Made by a program: the position numbers and the translations under genes. From Christensenella sp. UBA4263 (GTDB taxonomy: Bacteria > Bacillota > Clostridia > Christensenellales > Aristaeellaceae): a stretch of DNA of 64,000 bases. The stretch spans positions 23,325 through 87,324 of the forward strand of contig DGWH01000092.1 in assembly GCA_002395225.1 (NCBI GenBank), written 5' to 3'. Of this stretch, positions 8,367-17,599 are shown piece after piece. The notes beneath the pieces were generated by a model that worked only from the letters and a program-made list of their open reading frames with translations, searched no databases and was not told where the DNA came from. Position 1 is the first letter of the stretch. The number at the start of each line of letters is the position of its first letter.

Positions 8367-9197
8367 ATGTTTTTGGATTCGCTGGCCGGTGTCCTTCTCG
8401 GATTCACGGTGGCCTTCCAGTCCTGGGGATTCATGATGCCGCATCAGAATCCCATGGATACGCTGATTCTGGTCAATAAGCAGAACAGAGCGCCCGTTCA
8501 GCCGGTCATGCTGGTAAAACCGGATGTGCCGCCGGTGGAGGAACGTATCTCGGAAAACATCTATATGCGCCCGGATGCCGCCGCGGCACTTGAACAGATG
8601 TTTGAGGCGGCAAAACAGGACGGGATCATGCTTTATGCGCTCAGCGGTTTTCGCAGCTATGCCACCCAGAAAGCAATTTACAACCGGAAGGAACGGCCGG
8701 AATACGGGATTTCCAGCGTCGCCAAGCCGGGGTATTCGGAACACCAGACCGGCCTGGCCATGGATTTTGAGGGCGAATCGACCCTGGGAAAAGGGCTGAT
8801 AGAGGCCATTGCGGATTCGCCTGAGGGCATCTGGATGGCGCAGCACTGCTGGGAATATGGCTATATTCTCCGCTACCCGAAGGAAAAGGAATCCATCACG
8901 GGCTATATCTACGAGCCCTGGCATATCCGGTACGTGGGAACAGAGGCCGCGCTTGAAATCCGTGATCTGGGTGTCACATTTGAGGAATATATCCAAATGA
9001 TCCGAAGCGAGCGGGTCAGGAGTCTTGAACAGGAGGAGATTATTGTTGAACAGAATACGACTGGGACTGATGATGCTGGGTCTGCTGATCCTGACGGGAA
9101 CCGGGTTGGCGGAGCGTCTGGATCTGGCGACGATGGAAAACGCGGAGCAGGCACAGACGCTGATCGAGAAAACATGGGATTATCCGATTCCCTATGA
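8367..9197 (+). CDS. D-alanyl-D-alanine carboxypeptidase, VanY/peptidase M15B family (copy 1)
   Basis: SGFRSY, SEHQTGLAMD and EPWHIRYVG motifs. The low-complexity C-terminal tail overlaps the next gene by about 150 nt. Confidence 0.75.
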   Translation: MFLDSLAGVLLGFTVAFQSWGFMMPHQNPMDTLILVNKQNRAPVQPVMLVKPDVPPVEERISENIYMRPDAAAALEQMFEAAKQDGIMLYALSGFRSYATQKAIYNRKERPEYGISSVAKPGYSEHQTGLAMDFEGESTLGKGLIEAIADSPEGIWMAQHCWEYGYILRYPKEKESITGYIYEPWHIRYVGTEAALEIRDLGVTFEEYIQMIRSERVRSLEQEEIIVEQNTTGTDDAGSADPDGNRVGGASGSGDDGKRGAGTDADRENMGLSDSL

Positions 9198-9792
9198 GCT
9201 CCTTAAAACCAGTGACTATATCGTGCTGGCCAATAAGACGCATCTGCTGGATGAGAACTATATTCCGCAGGACCTGGTGAAGGTAAAGGTACGGAAAATC
9301 AGTTCAACGCCCATTGAGATGCGGGAAGCGGCGTCGGATGCGCTTACGGCGCTGTTTGAGGCCGCCAAGGCAGACGGGATTTCCCTGTATGCCCATTCCG
9401 GATACCGGAGTTACCGGACCCAGAAGACGATGTACTACAACCGCCTGAAGAAGAACAACGGGAAAGACGACGGCGTTGTGGCGGTGCCCGGTTCATCGGA
9501 CCATCAGACCGGTCTGGGAATTGATGTCATCAACAAGGCCGGCATCGGAAAGAAATTTACCAGTGCGTTCGCAAAGACGAAAGAGGGCATCTGGCTGGCC
9601 GAACACTGCTGGGACTTCGGATTCATTATCCGCTACCAGAAAGATAAGGAAGATCTGACCGAGATCATCTATGAGCCCTGGCATCTTCGCTACGTGGGTA
9701 TTCAGGTTTCCGAATACCTCCGCCAGAGCAACCTCTGTCTGGAAGAGTTTACGGAGGAATGGCAGAGGGCCGTGCAGGCGTATGAAAACTGA
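9043..9792 (+). CDS. D-alanyl-D-alanine carboxypeptidase, VanY/peptidase M15B family (copy 2, secreted)
   Basis: SGYRSY, SDHQTGLGID and EPWHLRYVG motifs. The signal peptide is LGLMMLGLLILTGTGLA. The start is probably TTG at 9043/9046 after AGGAGGAG at 9031-9038; the listed ORF starts at 9025. Confidence 0.75.
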   Translation: MLNRIRLGLMMLGLLILTGTGLAERLDLATMENAEQAQTLIEKTWDYPIPYELLKTSDYIVLANKTHLLDENYIPQDLVKVKVRKISSTPIEMREAASDALTALFEAAKADGISLYAHSGYRSYRTQKTMYYNRLKKNNGKDDGVVAVPGSSDHQTGLGIDVINKAGIGKKFTSAFAKTKEGIWLAEHCWDFGFIIRYQKDKEDLTEIIYEPWHLRYVGIQVSEYLRQSNLCLEEFTEEWQRAVQAYEN

Positions 9793-9815
9793 GCACCGGG
9801 CGAATTCGAATGAAA

Positions 9816-9844
9816 TTGACGATCATTCCTGAATAGGGTATAAT
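9816..9844 (+). promoter_or_regulatory. Sigma-70-type promoter of galE
   Basis: TTGACG, a 17-nt spacer, then TATAAT. Confidence 0.6.
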
Positions 9845-9920
9845 GCAGCTAACTGTCAGCAGCCTGTTCCCGGATTCTGTGAATCAGAACATGCGCTGAG
9901 ATTGATTGGGAGGGTGTACA

Positions 9921-10934
9921 ATGACCATTCTATGTACGGGCGGTGCCGGATATATCGGCAGCCATACCTGTGTGGAGCTTCTGAATGCCGGTCACGAGGT
10001 CGTGATCGCGGATAACCTTTATAACAGCAACGTCCATGTTCTTGAGCGGATTGAGGAAATCACCGGGAAAAAGGTCCGGTTTTATGAGGCGGATGTCACG
10101 GATGCTGCCGCTGTTGCCCCGATCTTTGAGGAAAACAAGATCGATGCCATCATCCACTTTGCCGCCTATAAGGCGGTGGGCGAGTCCGTGGCCAAGCCGG
10201 TTGAGTATTACCGGAACAATCTGGACTGCACGCTGACCATGCTGGAGGCCATGAAGAAGTATGACGTGCGCCGCTTCATCTTCAGCTCCTCCGCCACGGT
10301 CTACGGGATTCCGGATCATATGCCCCTGGATGAGACCATGCCCACCAGCGCCACCAACCCCTATGGCTGGACAAAATACATGAACGAGCGCATCCTGACG
10401 GATGCAGCCAAGGCAAACCCCGAATGGTCCATCGTGCTGCTCCGGTATTTCAATCCCATCGGAGCGCATGAGACCGGCCGGATCGGCGAAATGCCCAACG
10501 GCATCCCCAACAACCTGTTCCCGTATATCCTTCAGGTTGCCCTTGGCAAGCTCCCGTATCTGCACGTATACGGCAATGACTACAACACCAAGGACGGCAC
10601 CGGCGTGCGGGATTATATCCATGTCGTCGACCTGGCCAAGGGCCATGTTCTGGCGGCGGAGTATGCACAGACGCATACCGGCACAGAGGTCATCAATCTT
10701 GGCACGGGACACGGATACAGCGTGCTTGAGATTATCAAGACCTTTGAAAAGGTCAACGGAATTGAAATCCCGTACAAGATCGAAGCAAGAAGAGCCGGGG
10801 ATATTGCCGAGTGCTATGCAGATGCCTCAAAGGCTAAGAAACTCTTGGGCTGGACTGCCACCAGGGAAATCGACGATATGTGCAGGGATGGCTGGCGCTG
10901 GCAGAAAAACAACCCGAACGGATATGAAGGTTAA
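9921..10934 (+). CDS. galE: UDP-glucose 4-epimerase
   Basis: ILCTGGAGYIGSH Rossmann motif, YGWTKYMNE (YxxxK), and full-length GalE-like sequence. The ATG at 9921 follows GGGAGG. Confidence 0.9.
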   Translation: MTILCTGGAGYIGSHTCVELLNAGHEVVIADNLYNSNVHVLERIEEITGKKVRFYEADVTDAAAVAPIFEENKIDAIIHFAAYKAVGESVAKPVEYYRNNLDCTLTMLEAMKKYDVRRFIFSSSATVYGIPDHMPLDETMPTSATNPYGWTKYMNERILTDAAKANPEWSIVLLRYFNPIGAHETGRIGEMPNGIPNNLFPYILQVALGKLPYLHVYGNDYNTKDGTGVRDYIHVVDLAKGHVLAAEYAQTHTGTEVINLGTGHGYSVLEIIKTFEKVNGIEIPYKIEARRAGDIAECYADASKAKKLLGWTATREIDDMCRDGWRWQKNNPNGYEG

Positions 10935-10951
10935 CTGAATCAGAATACAAA

Positions 10952-11003
10952 AACAGGATTTCAGCGCCGGACATTGCCAGAGCATGAAATCCTGTTCCTT
11001 TTG
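10952..11003 (+). terminator. galE terminator (large-loop hairpin)
   Basis: AACAGGATTTCA, a 21-nt loop, then TGAAATCCTGTT followed by CCTTTTG. Confidence 0.55.
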
Positions 11004-11014
11004 AACGCAGAGAG

Positions 11015-11285
11015 TGGGCCTGCCGCCACAGCGGCAGTTTATCAAAGAATGTGCACCAGAAAAGCAGCGGTGCCATAAGACCAAACTATGGCTCATTGAG
11101 GAGTAGTGGCCCTGTCGCATAGCGACAGTTAAGTCAAATCCAGGCCTCATACAATGTTGATCCGGCAAACGACCAACATTGAGGCTCGCAAAGGAGTGGC
11201 CCTGTCACGCAGTGACAGTTAGGCAAATCCAGGCCTCATGCCATTGCTTCTTCGGCAAATGACAACTGTGAGGCCTGCAAAGGAG
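11015..11285 (+). repeat. Three tandem ~89-93-nt structured leader-repeat units (A 11015-11103, B 11104-11196, C 11197-11285) directly upstream of purB
   Basis: Each unit starts TGGCC(C)TG, contains the hairpin CTGYCRC-loop-GYGRCAG, and ends in (A/G)AGGAG. Units B and C add CAAATCCAGGCCTCA...TGAGGC(C)T. The last AAGGAG serves as the purB RBS. Confidence 0.8.
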
Positions 11286-11290
11286 AAACG

Positions 11291-12586
11291 ATGATAGATC
11301 GGTATACAAGCAAGCGCATGTCGGAGCTGTGGAGTCTTGAACACAAGTATCAGACATGGCTGGAGGTAGAGCTTCTGGCGACAGAGGCCTGGGCCGTGCT
11401 GGGCGCTGTTCCGCAGGAGGATGCGGTGAACATGCGCAGAAACGCACGTTTTACCGTTGAGCGGGTCGCTGAAATTGAGGAAAGCACCCGACATGATGTG
11501 GTGGCATTTACACGCTGCGTGGCGGAGAGCCTGGGCGGGGAGAGCAAGTACCTGCACTTCGGGCTGACCAGCACCGACGTGGTGGATACGGCGATGTCCT
11601 GCACCGCCGTACAGGCCTGCCGGTATCTGCTGGAGGATATCCGTGAAATGCGGGAGATTCTGAAAGCACAGGCGATCCGGTATAAACAGACGCCGATCAT
11701 GGGCCGGACCCACGGCGTGCATGCGGAACCCACCACACTGGGGCTGAAGTTTGCCCTGTGGTATGAGGATATGGGCCGCAATCTTGACCGGATGGAGCAT
11801 GCCCTTGAGACCATCCGGGTCGGGAAGATCTCCGGCGCGGTGGGCACCTATGCCAATGTGGATCCCTTCGTCGAGCAGTACGTCTGCGAGCATCTGGGAC
11901 TCAAGGCCGCGCCCATCAGCACGCAGGTGCTCCAGCGGGACAGGTACGCGGAGTTTTTATCCGCGGTCGCCATTACCGGTTCATGTCTTGAGAAGATCGC
12001 CCTTGAAATCCGGAGCCTGCAGCGAACGGAGATCCGTGAGGTGGAGGAACCGTTCCGCAAAGGGCAGAAAGGCTCCTCCGCCATGCCGCACAAGCGCAAC
12101 CCGATCAACTGTGAAAAAGTCTGCGGCCTCTCACGGCTCCTGCGCGGCTATGCCATGACCGCCATGGAAGATGTGGCGCTGTGGCACGAGCGGGATATCA
12201 GTCATTCATCGGTTGAACGGATCATCCTGCCGGATGCCACCTCGCTCCTTGAGCATATGTTCATCACCATGAACCGTATCCTGAAGGACCTGTTTGTGTA
12301 TCCGGAAAACATGCGCCGTTCCATGAGCATGTCCTATGATCTCCCGTACTCCCAGCAGGTCCTCCTGACCCTGATCGGCAGCGGAATGCTGCGGGAAACC
12401 GCGTATGATCTGGTTCAGAAATGTGCCATGCAGGCGTGGGAAGGTCAGGTTTCCTTTAAACAGCTGATCCTTGAGAATGAGGAGATCCGGAAGCATCTCT
12501 CGCAGGAGCAGATCAATGCGTGTTTTGAGCTCTCGCATCATCTGAGGCATGTGGATGAGATCTACCATCGGCTCGGCCTTGAATGA
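11291..12586 (+). CDS. purB: Adenylosuccinate lyase
   Basis: 431 aa. Contains MIDRYTSKRMSELWS, the fumarate-lyase signature GSSAMPHKRNP, and a full-length PurB-like sequence. Confidence 0.9.
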   Translation: MIDRYTSKRMSELWSLEHKYQTWLEVELLATEAWAVLGAVPQEDAVNMRRNARFTVERVAEIEESTRHDVVAFTRCVAESLGGESKYLHFGLTSTDVVDTAMSCTAVQACRYLLEDIREMREILKAQAIRYKQTPIMGRTHGVHAEPTTLGLKFALWYEDMGRNLDRMEHALETIRVGKISGAVGTYANVDPFVEQYVCEHLGLKAAPISTQVLQRDRYAEFLSAVAITGSCLEKIALEIRSLQRTEIREVEEPFRKGQKGSSAMPHKRNPINCEKVCGLSRLLRGYAMTAMEDVALWHERDISHSSVERIILPDATSLLEHMFITMNRILKDLFVYPENMRRSMSMSYDLPYSQQVLLTLIGSGMLRETAYDLVQKCAMQAWEGQVSFKQLILENEEIRKHLSQEQINACFELSHHLRHVDEIYHRLGLE

Positions 12587-12725
12587 GCAGACAGCCCTTT
12601 TTCATCACCCCGGGAAAACCCGAACAGCCTGGGCAGCGGCCATGCAAAAAAAATAACTGTTGTTTCTTTTGACATGGTATTATATAATGTTTTCTGGATT
12701 AGTTTTGCCTGAATCAGGAGGATGT

Positions 12726-13532
12726 ATGTACAGATTACTTCTTGTGACAGACAAGCCGGATATATGCACGCTTTACAATGAATATCCGGATTGGGAAGCC
12801 CAGGGCTTTGAAAAACCAACTGTAATGAAGAATGCCGAAGCGGGCATTCATCAGTTGACGAATGGGCATTTTGACGTGGTCTCATGGCTTCTGCCCGTCA
12901 GTGAAGGAAAGCAGATGGCTTCGTTTATTACCAAGAAGCCGGACATCATGGGAATTGAAACAATGCGGGATGCCCGGCTGCTTCGGCGGGAGCTGGGAAA
13001 TGCCCGGCGCGAGCTGGCGACAAGGGATGCCCAGCGGCAGGTTTCACAGCCGGATGATGTCATGAAAGTCATGAGTTCCCGCTTTTTCTGCGATCTTCTC
13101 CGTGGAGACGGATTTACGGAAAAGCAGGTGGATGAAAAACTGCATACGCTGGGACTGGTGGATATCGATCCGGTCAGGCCCATTGCCATTGCCTCTTTCC
13201 GTCTGCCTCAGGGAGATTTCTTTCTGGCCGAGGTCTGGCAGTATGGCCGGGACCGGCTTGAAAACGCACTTCGGAATATCTTTGAAAACACGGGAGACCG
13301 GGACATTTATTGTGTCATGCTCATGATCAACCCGCATCACATGCGCATTCTGGCCATTCCGCATAAGGATATTTCAGAAAAAGACGTGTATGCGGAGATG
13401 GTTTCGCACCTTGAGGCGTGCAGGACCAATCTTGAACAGTATTTTGAATTAACCATGAATATCAGGCGGATGCATGCCTATTCGAGTCTTTATGAGCTGG
13501 CGCTGGAGAACCTTCAGAGAACAGCCCATTAA
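12726..13532 (+). CDS. Hypothetical protein with receiver-like N-terminus
   Basis: The ATG at 12726 follows AGGAGG. The N-terminus MYRLLLVTDKPD...FDVVSWLL resembles a CheY-like fold and no DNA-binding motif was seen. The function call is weak. Confidence 0.45.
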   Translation: MYRLLLVTDKPDICTLYNEYPDWEAQGFEKPTVMKNAEAGIHQLTNGHFDVVSWLLPVSEGKQMASFITKKPDIMGIETMRDARLLRRELGNARRELATRDAQRQVSQPDDVMKVMSSRFFCDLLRGDGFTEKQVDEKLHTLGLVDIDPVRPIAIASFRLPQGDFFLAEVWQYGRDRLENALRNIFENTGDRDIYCVMLMINPHHMRILAIPHKDISEKDVYAEMVSHLEACRTNLEQYFELTMNIRRMHAYSSLYELALENLQRTAH

Positions 13533-13559
13533 AACAGCCTGATTTCATTTCAAAGGGGT

Positions 13560-14582
13560 TTGGATGTGAGCGAACAGTTGGAGAATGTGACAAGGCCGGA
13601 CCTTTTTCAGTCACTCTTCGGCAACGGAGATGAAAACATGCGCCGCCTTGAGTCACTGATGCATGTTCATATAGAACTCAGAAACGGGACCATTGTCGTT
13701 GAGGGCGGGGATGCCGGAATGGTTGACCTGACCAATGAGATTATCAACCGCCTGTACCGTCTGGTTCTGGATAAGGAACATGTGGACCCGGCAGTCGTCA
13801 GTTATGCCGTACAGCTCGCGGAGAAAGGCGAGCTGGATAAAATTGATTCACTGTATAAAGAGGTTGTGGCCAGTACGTTCCGCGGCAGGCCCATCCGCTG
13901 CAAAACACTGGGGCAGCTGGCCTATGTCGATGCGGTCAAAAATCATACCCTGACCTTTGCCGTCGGGCCTGCCGGAACCGGAAAAACCTATCTGGCCGTG
14001 GCCATGGCGGTCAGCGCCCTCAAGGGGAAACAGGTGGAGCGGATTATTCTGACGCGTCCGGCCGTTGAGGCAGGGGAAAAGCTGGGCTTTCTTCCCGGCG
14101 ACCTGAATCAGAAAGTCGATCCGTATCTGAGACCGCTGTATGATGCCATGTATGACCTTCTGGGCGCGGATACGGCCCAGCGCCTCCAGGAGCGGGGCGT
14201 CATTGAGGTGGCACCGCTGGCGTACATGCGCGGCCGCACCCTTTCGGACGCCTTTATCATCCTGGATGAGGCACAGAATACGACCCGGGAGCAGATGAAG
14301 ATGTTCCTGACACGCCTGGGATTCCGTTCAAAGGTGATCGTCACCGGCGACCCTTCGCAGAAGGATCTGGGGTACGGAAAGCAGAGCGGCCTGGATGAGG
14401 CGCTCCGGGTTCTAAGGGAGGTAAAGGAAATCGCCATTATGGAACTGACCGCACATGATGTGGTCCGTCATGAGCTGGTGCAGAAGATCGTCGAAGCGTA
14501 CAGTGCCTATGCTGCAAAGAAGGAGGCTGAACATGGAAGGAAAACCGACTTCACCTCAGCTGCTGCAGAATCTGAACCGTAG
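13560..14582 (+). CDS. phoH: PhoH-family ATPase (PhoH/YbeZ)
   Basis: Walker A GPAGTGKTYLAVAMAV, plus FIILDEAQNTT and VTGDPSQKDL. Confidence 0.85.
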   Translation: MDVSEQLENVTRPDLFQSLFGNGDENMRRLESLMHVHIELRNGTIVVEGGDAGMVDLTNEIINRLYRLVLDKEHVDPAVVSYAVQLAEKGELDKIDSLYKEVVASTFRGRPIRCKTLGQLAYVDAVKNHTLTFAVGPAGTGKTYLAVAMAVSALKGKQVERIILTRPAVEAGEKLGFLPGDLNQKVDPYLRPLYDAMYDLLGADTAQRLQERGVIEVAPLAYMRGRTLSDAFIILDEAQNTTREQMKMFLTRLGFRSKVIVTGDPSQKDLGYGKQSGLDEALRVLREVKEIAIMELTAHDVVRHELVQKIVEAYSAYAAKKEAEHGRKTDFTSAAAESEP

Positions 14583-16686
14583 AAGCAAACAGGTCATATT
14601 CACCGTTGTTCTGTATCTGATTCTGGTGTTTATCTGCCTGATTTCCGTTGTTCCCACACAGTATGACCTCAACGTCGGCGAAGTATCCCCGGTAACCATT
14701 ACCGCCAGCAAGGATGTGGTGGATGAGCTGACCACGGAGCGCCGGCGCAAGGCCGCCGCGGATGCCGTTTCACCCGTCTATTATAAGGATGATACGGTCA
14801 GCGATACGGTACTGGCAAATATCGAAAAGGTTTTCTCCGAACTGCGGTCCGTCCGGGAACTGGGACAGCAGATCCGTTCCTCCTGGACCACCCGGACCGG
14901 TACCTTTACCGATGATGACTATGCACAGGCGCAGAAGCTCCTCAGTGTCATCACGCTTTCCAATTATCAGCTGCAGACGCTGATGCGGACCGATGAATCG
15001 GATTTCGAATCCCTTTACCGCAGTCTGACCAGCGCCGCCAGAACCGCCCTGGTATCCACCATCACGGAGGGACAGCTGGGGGATGCCATCAGCAACATTC
15101 AGCAGATTGTGGCATACAATACCCGGACAGACCTGTGGTATAATGTCGCCATTCCGATCCTCCGGGGAACCCTTCAGCCGAATATGCTCATCGACCAGCA
15201 GGTCACCGAGGAGAACCGGCAGAAGGCACGGGATGCGGTGGAACCCACGGTCTATAAAAAAGATCAGAACGTGGTCGTCAAAGGGGACCGCGTCACCACG
15301 GAAAAGTACGCAGTTCTTGATGCCCTTGGTCTTCTGGCCGGAAAGAAAACCGATTATTTCCTCTATATCAGCTCATCCGTGCTGATTCTTTCCTTCCTGG
15401 CGCTGACCTATCTCTATATTTACCTGTTTATCCCCAAAATCTTCCAGGATGCCAAAAGTGCGCTGGTCATGGGCATCTCGCTCATTCTGACCCTGGTCCT
15501 GTGTATCCTGATGGGAATGTACATTGACCTTTCCACCATGCCGATGCTGCTGGCCGCCATGCTGGTGGTCAATCTGCTGGGAGCGCGTGAGGCCTATGCG
15601 GTCAATTTCCTTCTTTCGCTCATTCTGACTTTTGTCACCATGAAGCGCTCGGATTTTGAAACCTCACAGATGCTGGGGGTTCTGCTGGCCAGCACACTGG
15701 GCGGCATTCTGGTGATTTTCCTGATGCGCCGGAACAGCACGCGCATCTTCGTCATCATCGACGGTCTGATCGCCGGCTTCTTCCAGCTGATCCTGCTGGC
15801 CTGTGTCCTGACGCTCAGTTCAAGCGATACAAGCGATGTCTTTGCCCGGTCCATGTGGGTGATCATGGGCGCACTGTTTTCTGCCATTGTCTGTATCGGC
15901 CTGCAGTCCGTCTTTGAAAGCCTGTTTAACCTGACCACGCCCTCCAAGCTGATTGAGCTCTCCAGTCCCAGCCAGCCGCTTCTCAAGCGGCTCATGATTG
16001 AGACGCCGGGCACCTATCATCATTCCATGGTCGTTGCCAATCTGGCAGAGGCCGCGGCGGAAGCGGTCGGCGCCAATGCGCTTCTTTGCCGGGTAGGCGC
16101 GTATTATCATGATATCGGCAAGCTGATCCGTCCCATGTATTTCAAGGAGAATCAGATGGGGGAAAATCCCCATGATCATACGGATCCGCGGGTGTCAACC
16201 GCCATTCTGACCGAGCATACCCTTGACGGGGTTGAACTGGCGAAAAAGCATCATCTGCCGGAACCCATCATCGACATGATTCGTCAGCATCACGGGGATA
16301 CGCCGGTCATGTACTTCTATGCCAAGGCGGTCCAGCAGTACGGGGAGGAGAATGTCGATATTGCCGAATTCCGCTATGCCGGTCCGAAACCGCAGAGCGC
16401 GGAGGCCGGCATCCTCATGATGGCCGACACCGTCGAGGCGGCGGTCCGCTCCATTCCGGAGCCGACCCATGAGAAGATCTCCCAGATGATCCGCAAGCTG
16501 ATCCGCGGAAAGATGGAAGATGGCCAGCTGGATGACTGTCCGCTGACCTTCAGGGATATCGGCCGGATCACCTTTGCCTTTGAGACCGTCCTCCAGGGCG
16601 TGTTCCATGAACGTATTGAATATCCGGACCTGAACAAGATCCGCGAAAGATCGCGCAAAAAGAAACAACAGATGGTGCAGAAATGA
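14533..16686 (+). CDS. pgpH: 7TM-receptor HD-domain phosphohydrolase (YqfF/PgpH family)
   Basis: The ATG at 14533 follows AGGAGG. It has a multi-TM central region and a C-terminal HD domain (HHSMVVANLAE..YYHDIGK). It sits in the conserved phoH-yqfF-ybeY position. Confidence 0.75.
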   Translation: MEGKPTSPQLLQNLNRRSKQVIFTVVLYLILVFICLISVVPTQYDLNVGEVSPVTITASKDVVDELTTERRRKAAADAVSPVYYKDDTVSDTVLANIEKVFSELRSVRELGQQIRSSWTTRTGTFTDDDYAQAQKLLSVITLSNYQLQTLMRTDESDFESLYRSLTSAARTALVSTITEGQLGDAISNIQQIVAYNTRTDLWYNVAIPILRGTLQPNMLIDQQVTEENRQKARDAVEPTVYKKDQNVVVKGDRVTTEKYAVLDALGLLAGKKTDYFLYISSSVLILSFLALTYLYIYLFIPKIFQDAKSALVMGISLILTLVLCILMGMYIDLSTMPMLLAAMLVVNLLGAREAYAVNFLLSLILTFVTMKRSDFETSQMLGVLLASTLGGILVIFLMRRNSTRIFVIIDGLIAGFFQLILLACVLTLSSSDTSDVFARSMWVIMGALFSAIVCIGLQSVFESLFNLTTPSKLIELSSPSQPLLKRLMIETPGTYHHSMVVANLAEAAAEAVGANALLCRVGAYYHDIGKLIRPMYFKENQMGENPHDHTDPRVSTAILTEHTLDGVELAKKHHLPEPIIDMIRQHHGDTPVMYFYAKAVQQYGEENVDIAEFRYAGPKPQSAEAGILMMADTVEAAVRSIPEPTHEKISQMIRKLIRGKMEDGQLDDCPLTFRDIGRITFAFETVLQGVFHERIEYPDLNKIRERSRKKKQQMVQK

Positions 16687-17582
16687 TCATTCTTGAAATT
16701 GAGGACAGCCGGCACTTTCTCCGGGCGGAGGATGAGGAACTGATGCGGCGGTGTGCGGAGTCCGCGCTTGCCGTCGAGGGCCTGGCCCTGCCGGTAGTGG
16801 TATACTGCCGGATCACGGATGACCGGGAGATTCAGGTGATAAACCGGGAACAGCGGGAAACAGACCGTTCCACCGATGTTCTTTCCTTCCCGAGCGTTGC
16901 CTATCCCGCGGGACAGACCGCCCGGAATGCCCGGGCGCTGCTTGAGGCAGAGTATGATCCGGAGATGAACGCCTTCTTTCTGGGGGACATCATTCTTTCC
17001 CATGAACATGTGGTAGCGCAGGCACAGGAATACGGACATTCCCTCAGCCGGGAAACCGGCTATCTGCTGACCCATGCCATGTTTCATCTGATGGGATATG
17101 ACCACATGAACGACCATGACCGGATGGTCATGCGTGCCCATGAAAAGGCTGCCATGAATGCAGTCGGTCTTTTTCGAGAGGAGGAAAACAGATTGACAGA
17201 TGAGGAACTGATCACGCTGGCCTATGAAGCGCGTGAATTTGCCTATGCTCCTTATTCGGAATACAAAGTCGGGGCAGCGCTGCTGTGTGAGGATGGCCGC
17301 GTGTTCAAAGGCTGCAATATCGAGAATGCAGCCTATCCGAATACCTACTGTGCCGAGCGCACGGCACTGGTCAAGGCAGTCAGCGAGGGGGCCAGGAAGT
17401 TTACCAAGCTGGCGATTACCGGCAGCGGTTCGACGCCCTATCCCTGCGGGGCATGCCGTCAGTCCCTGTATGAATTTGCGCCGGACCTGGAAATCCTGAT
17501 TGCCTGGGATGGAAATGTCATCCATACCTCTCTGCCGGAACTGCTGCCGAACGGCTTTGGCCCCTCATCACTTGGAAAGTAA
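16683..17582 (+). CDS. ybeY: YbeY endoribonuclease fused to cytidine deaminase
   Basis: The N-terminal half carries HAMFHLMGYDH (the YbeY zinc motif). The C-terminal half carries CAERTAL and PCGACRQ (Cdd zinc motifs). It is a single uninterrupted 299-codon ORF. Confidence 0.8.
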   Translation: MIILEIEDSRHFLRAEDEELMRRCAESALAVEGLALPVVVYCRITDDREIQVINREQRETDRSTDVLSFPSVAYPAGQTARNARALLEAEYDPEMNAFFLGDIILSHEHVVAQAQEYGHSLSRETGYLLTHAMFHLMGYDHMNDHDRMVMRAHEKAAMNAVGLFREEENRLTDEELITLAYEAREFAYAPYSEYKVGAALLCEDGRVFKGCNIENAAYPNTYCAERTALVKAVSEGARKFTKLAITGSGSTPYPCGACRQSLYEFAPDLEILIAWDGNVIHTSLPELLPNGFGPSSLGK

Positions 17583-17599
17583 GAAAGGAACTGTCATAA

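Noticed and set aside
11104-11285. Mini-ORFs inside the leader-repeat units (MALSHSDS, MALSRSDS, MALPRSDS) that follow each AGGAG.
   Set aside because: The G/ATG lies 0-2 nt after the SD-like sequence, which is too close for initiation. The A-type units have an indel that destroys the frame. The nucleotide changes are better explained as compensatory stem mutations than as selection on a peptide.
11015-11285. The tandem ~90-nt repeats considered as a CRISPR array or as tandem riboswitches.
   Set aside because: There are no unique spacers between the units and no cas genes, and the units are too long for CRISPR repeats. The same element precedes functionally unrelated genes, which argues against a ligand-specific riboswitch. 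A partial resemblance to SAM-I segments (TGGCCC, AAATCCAG) lacks the rest of that architecture.
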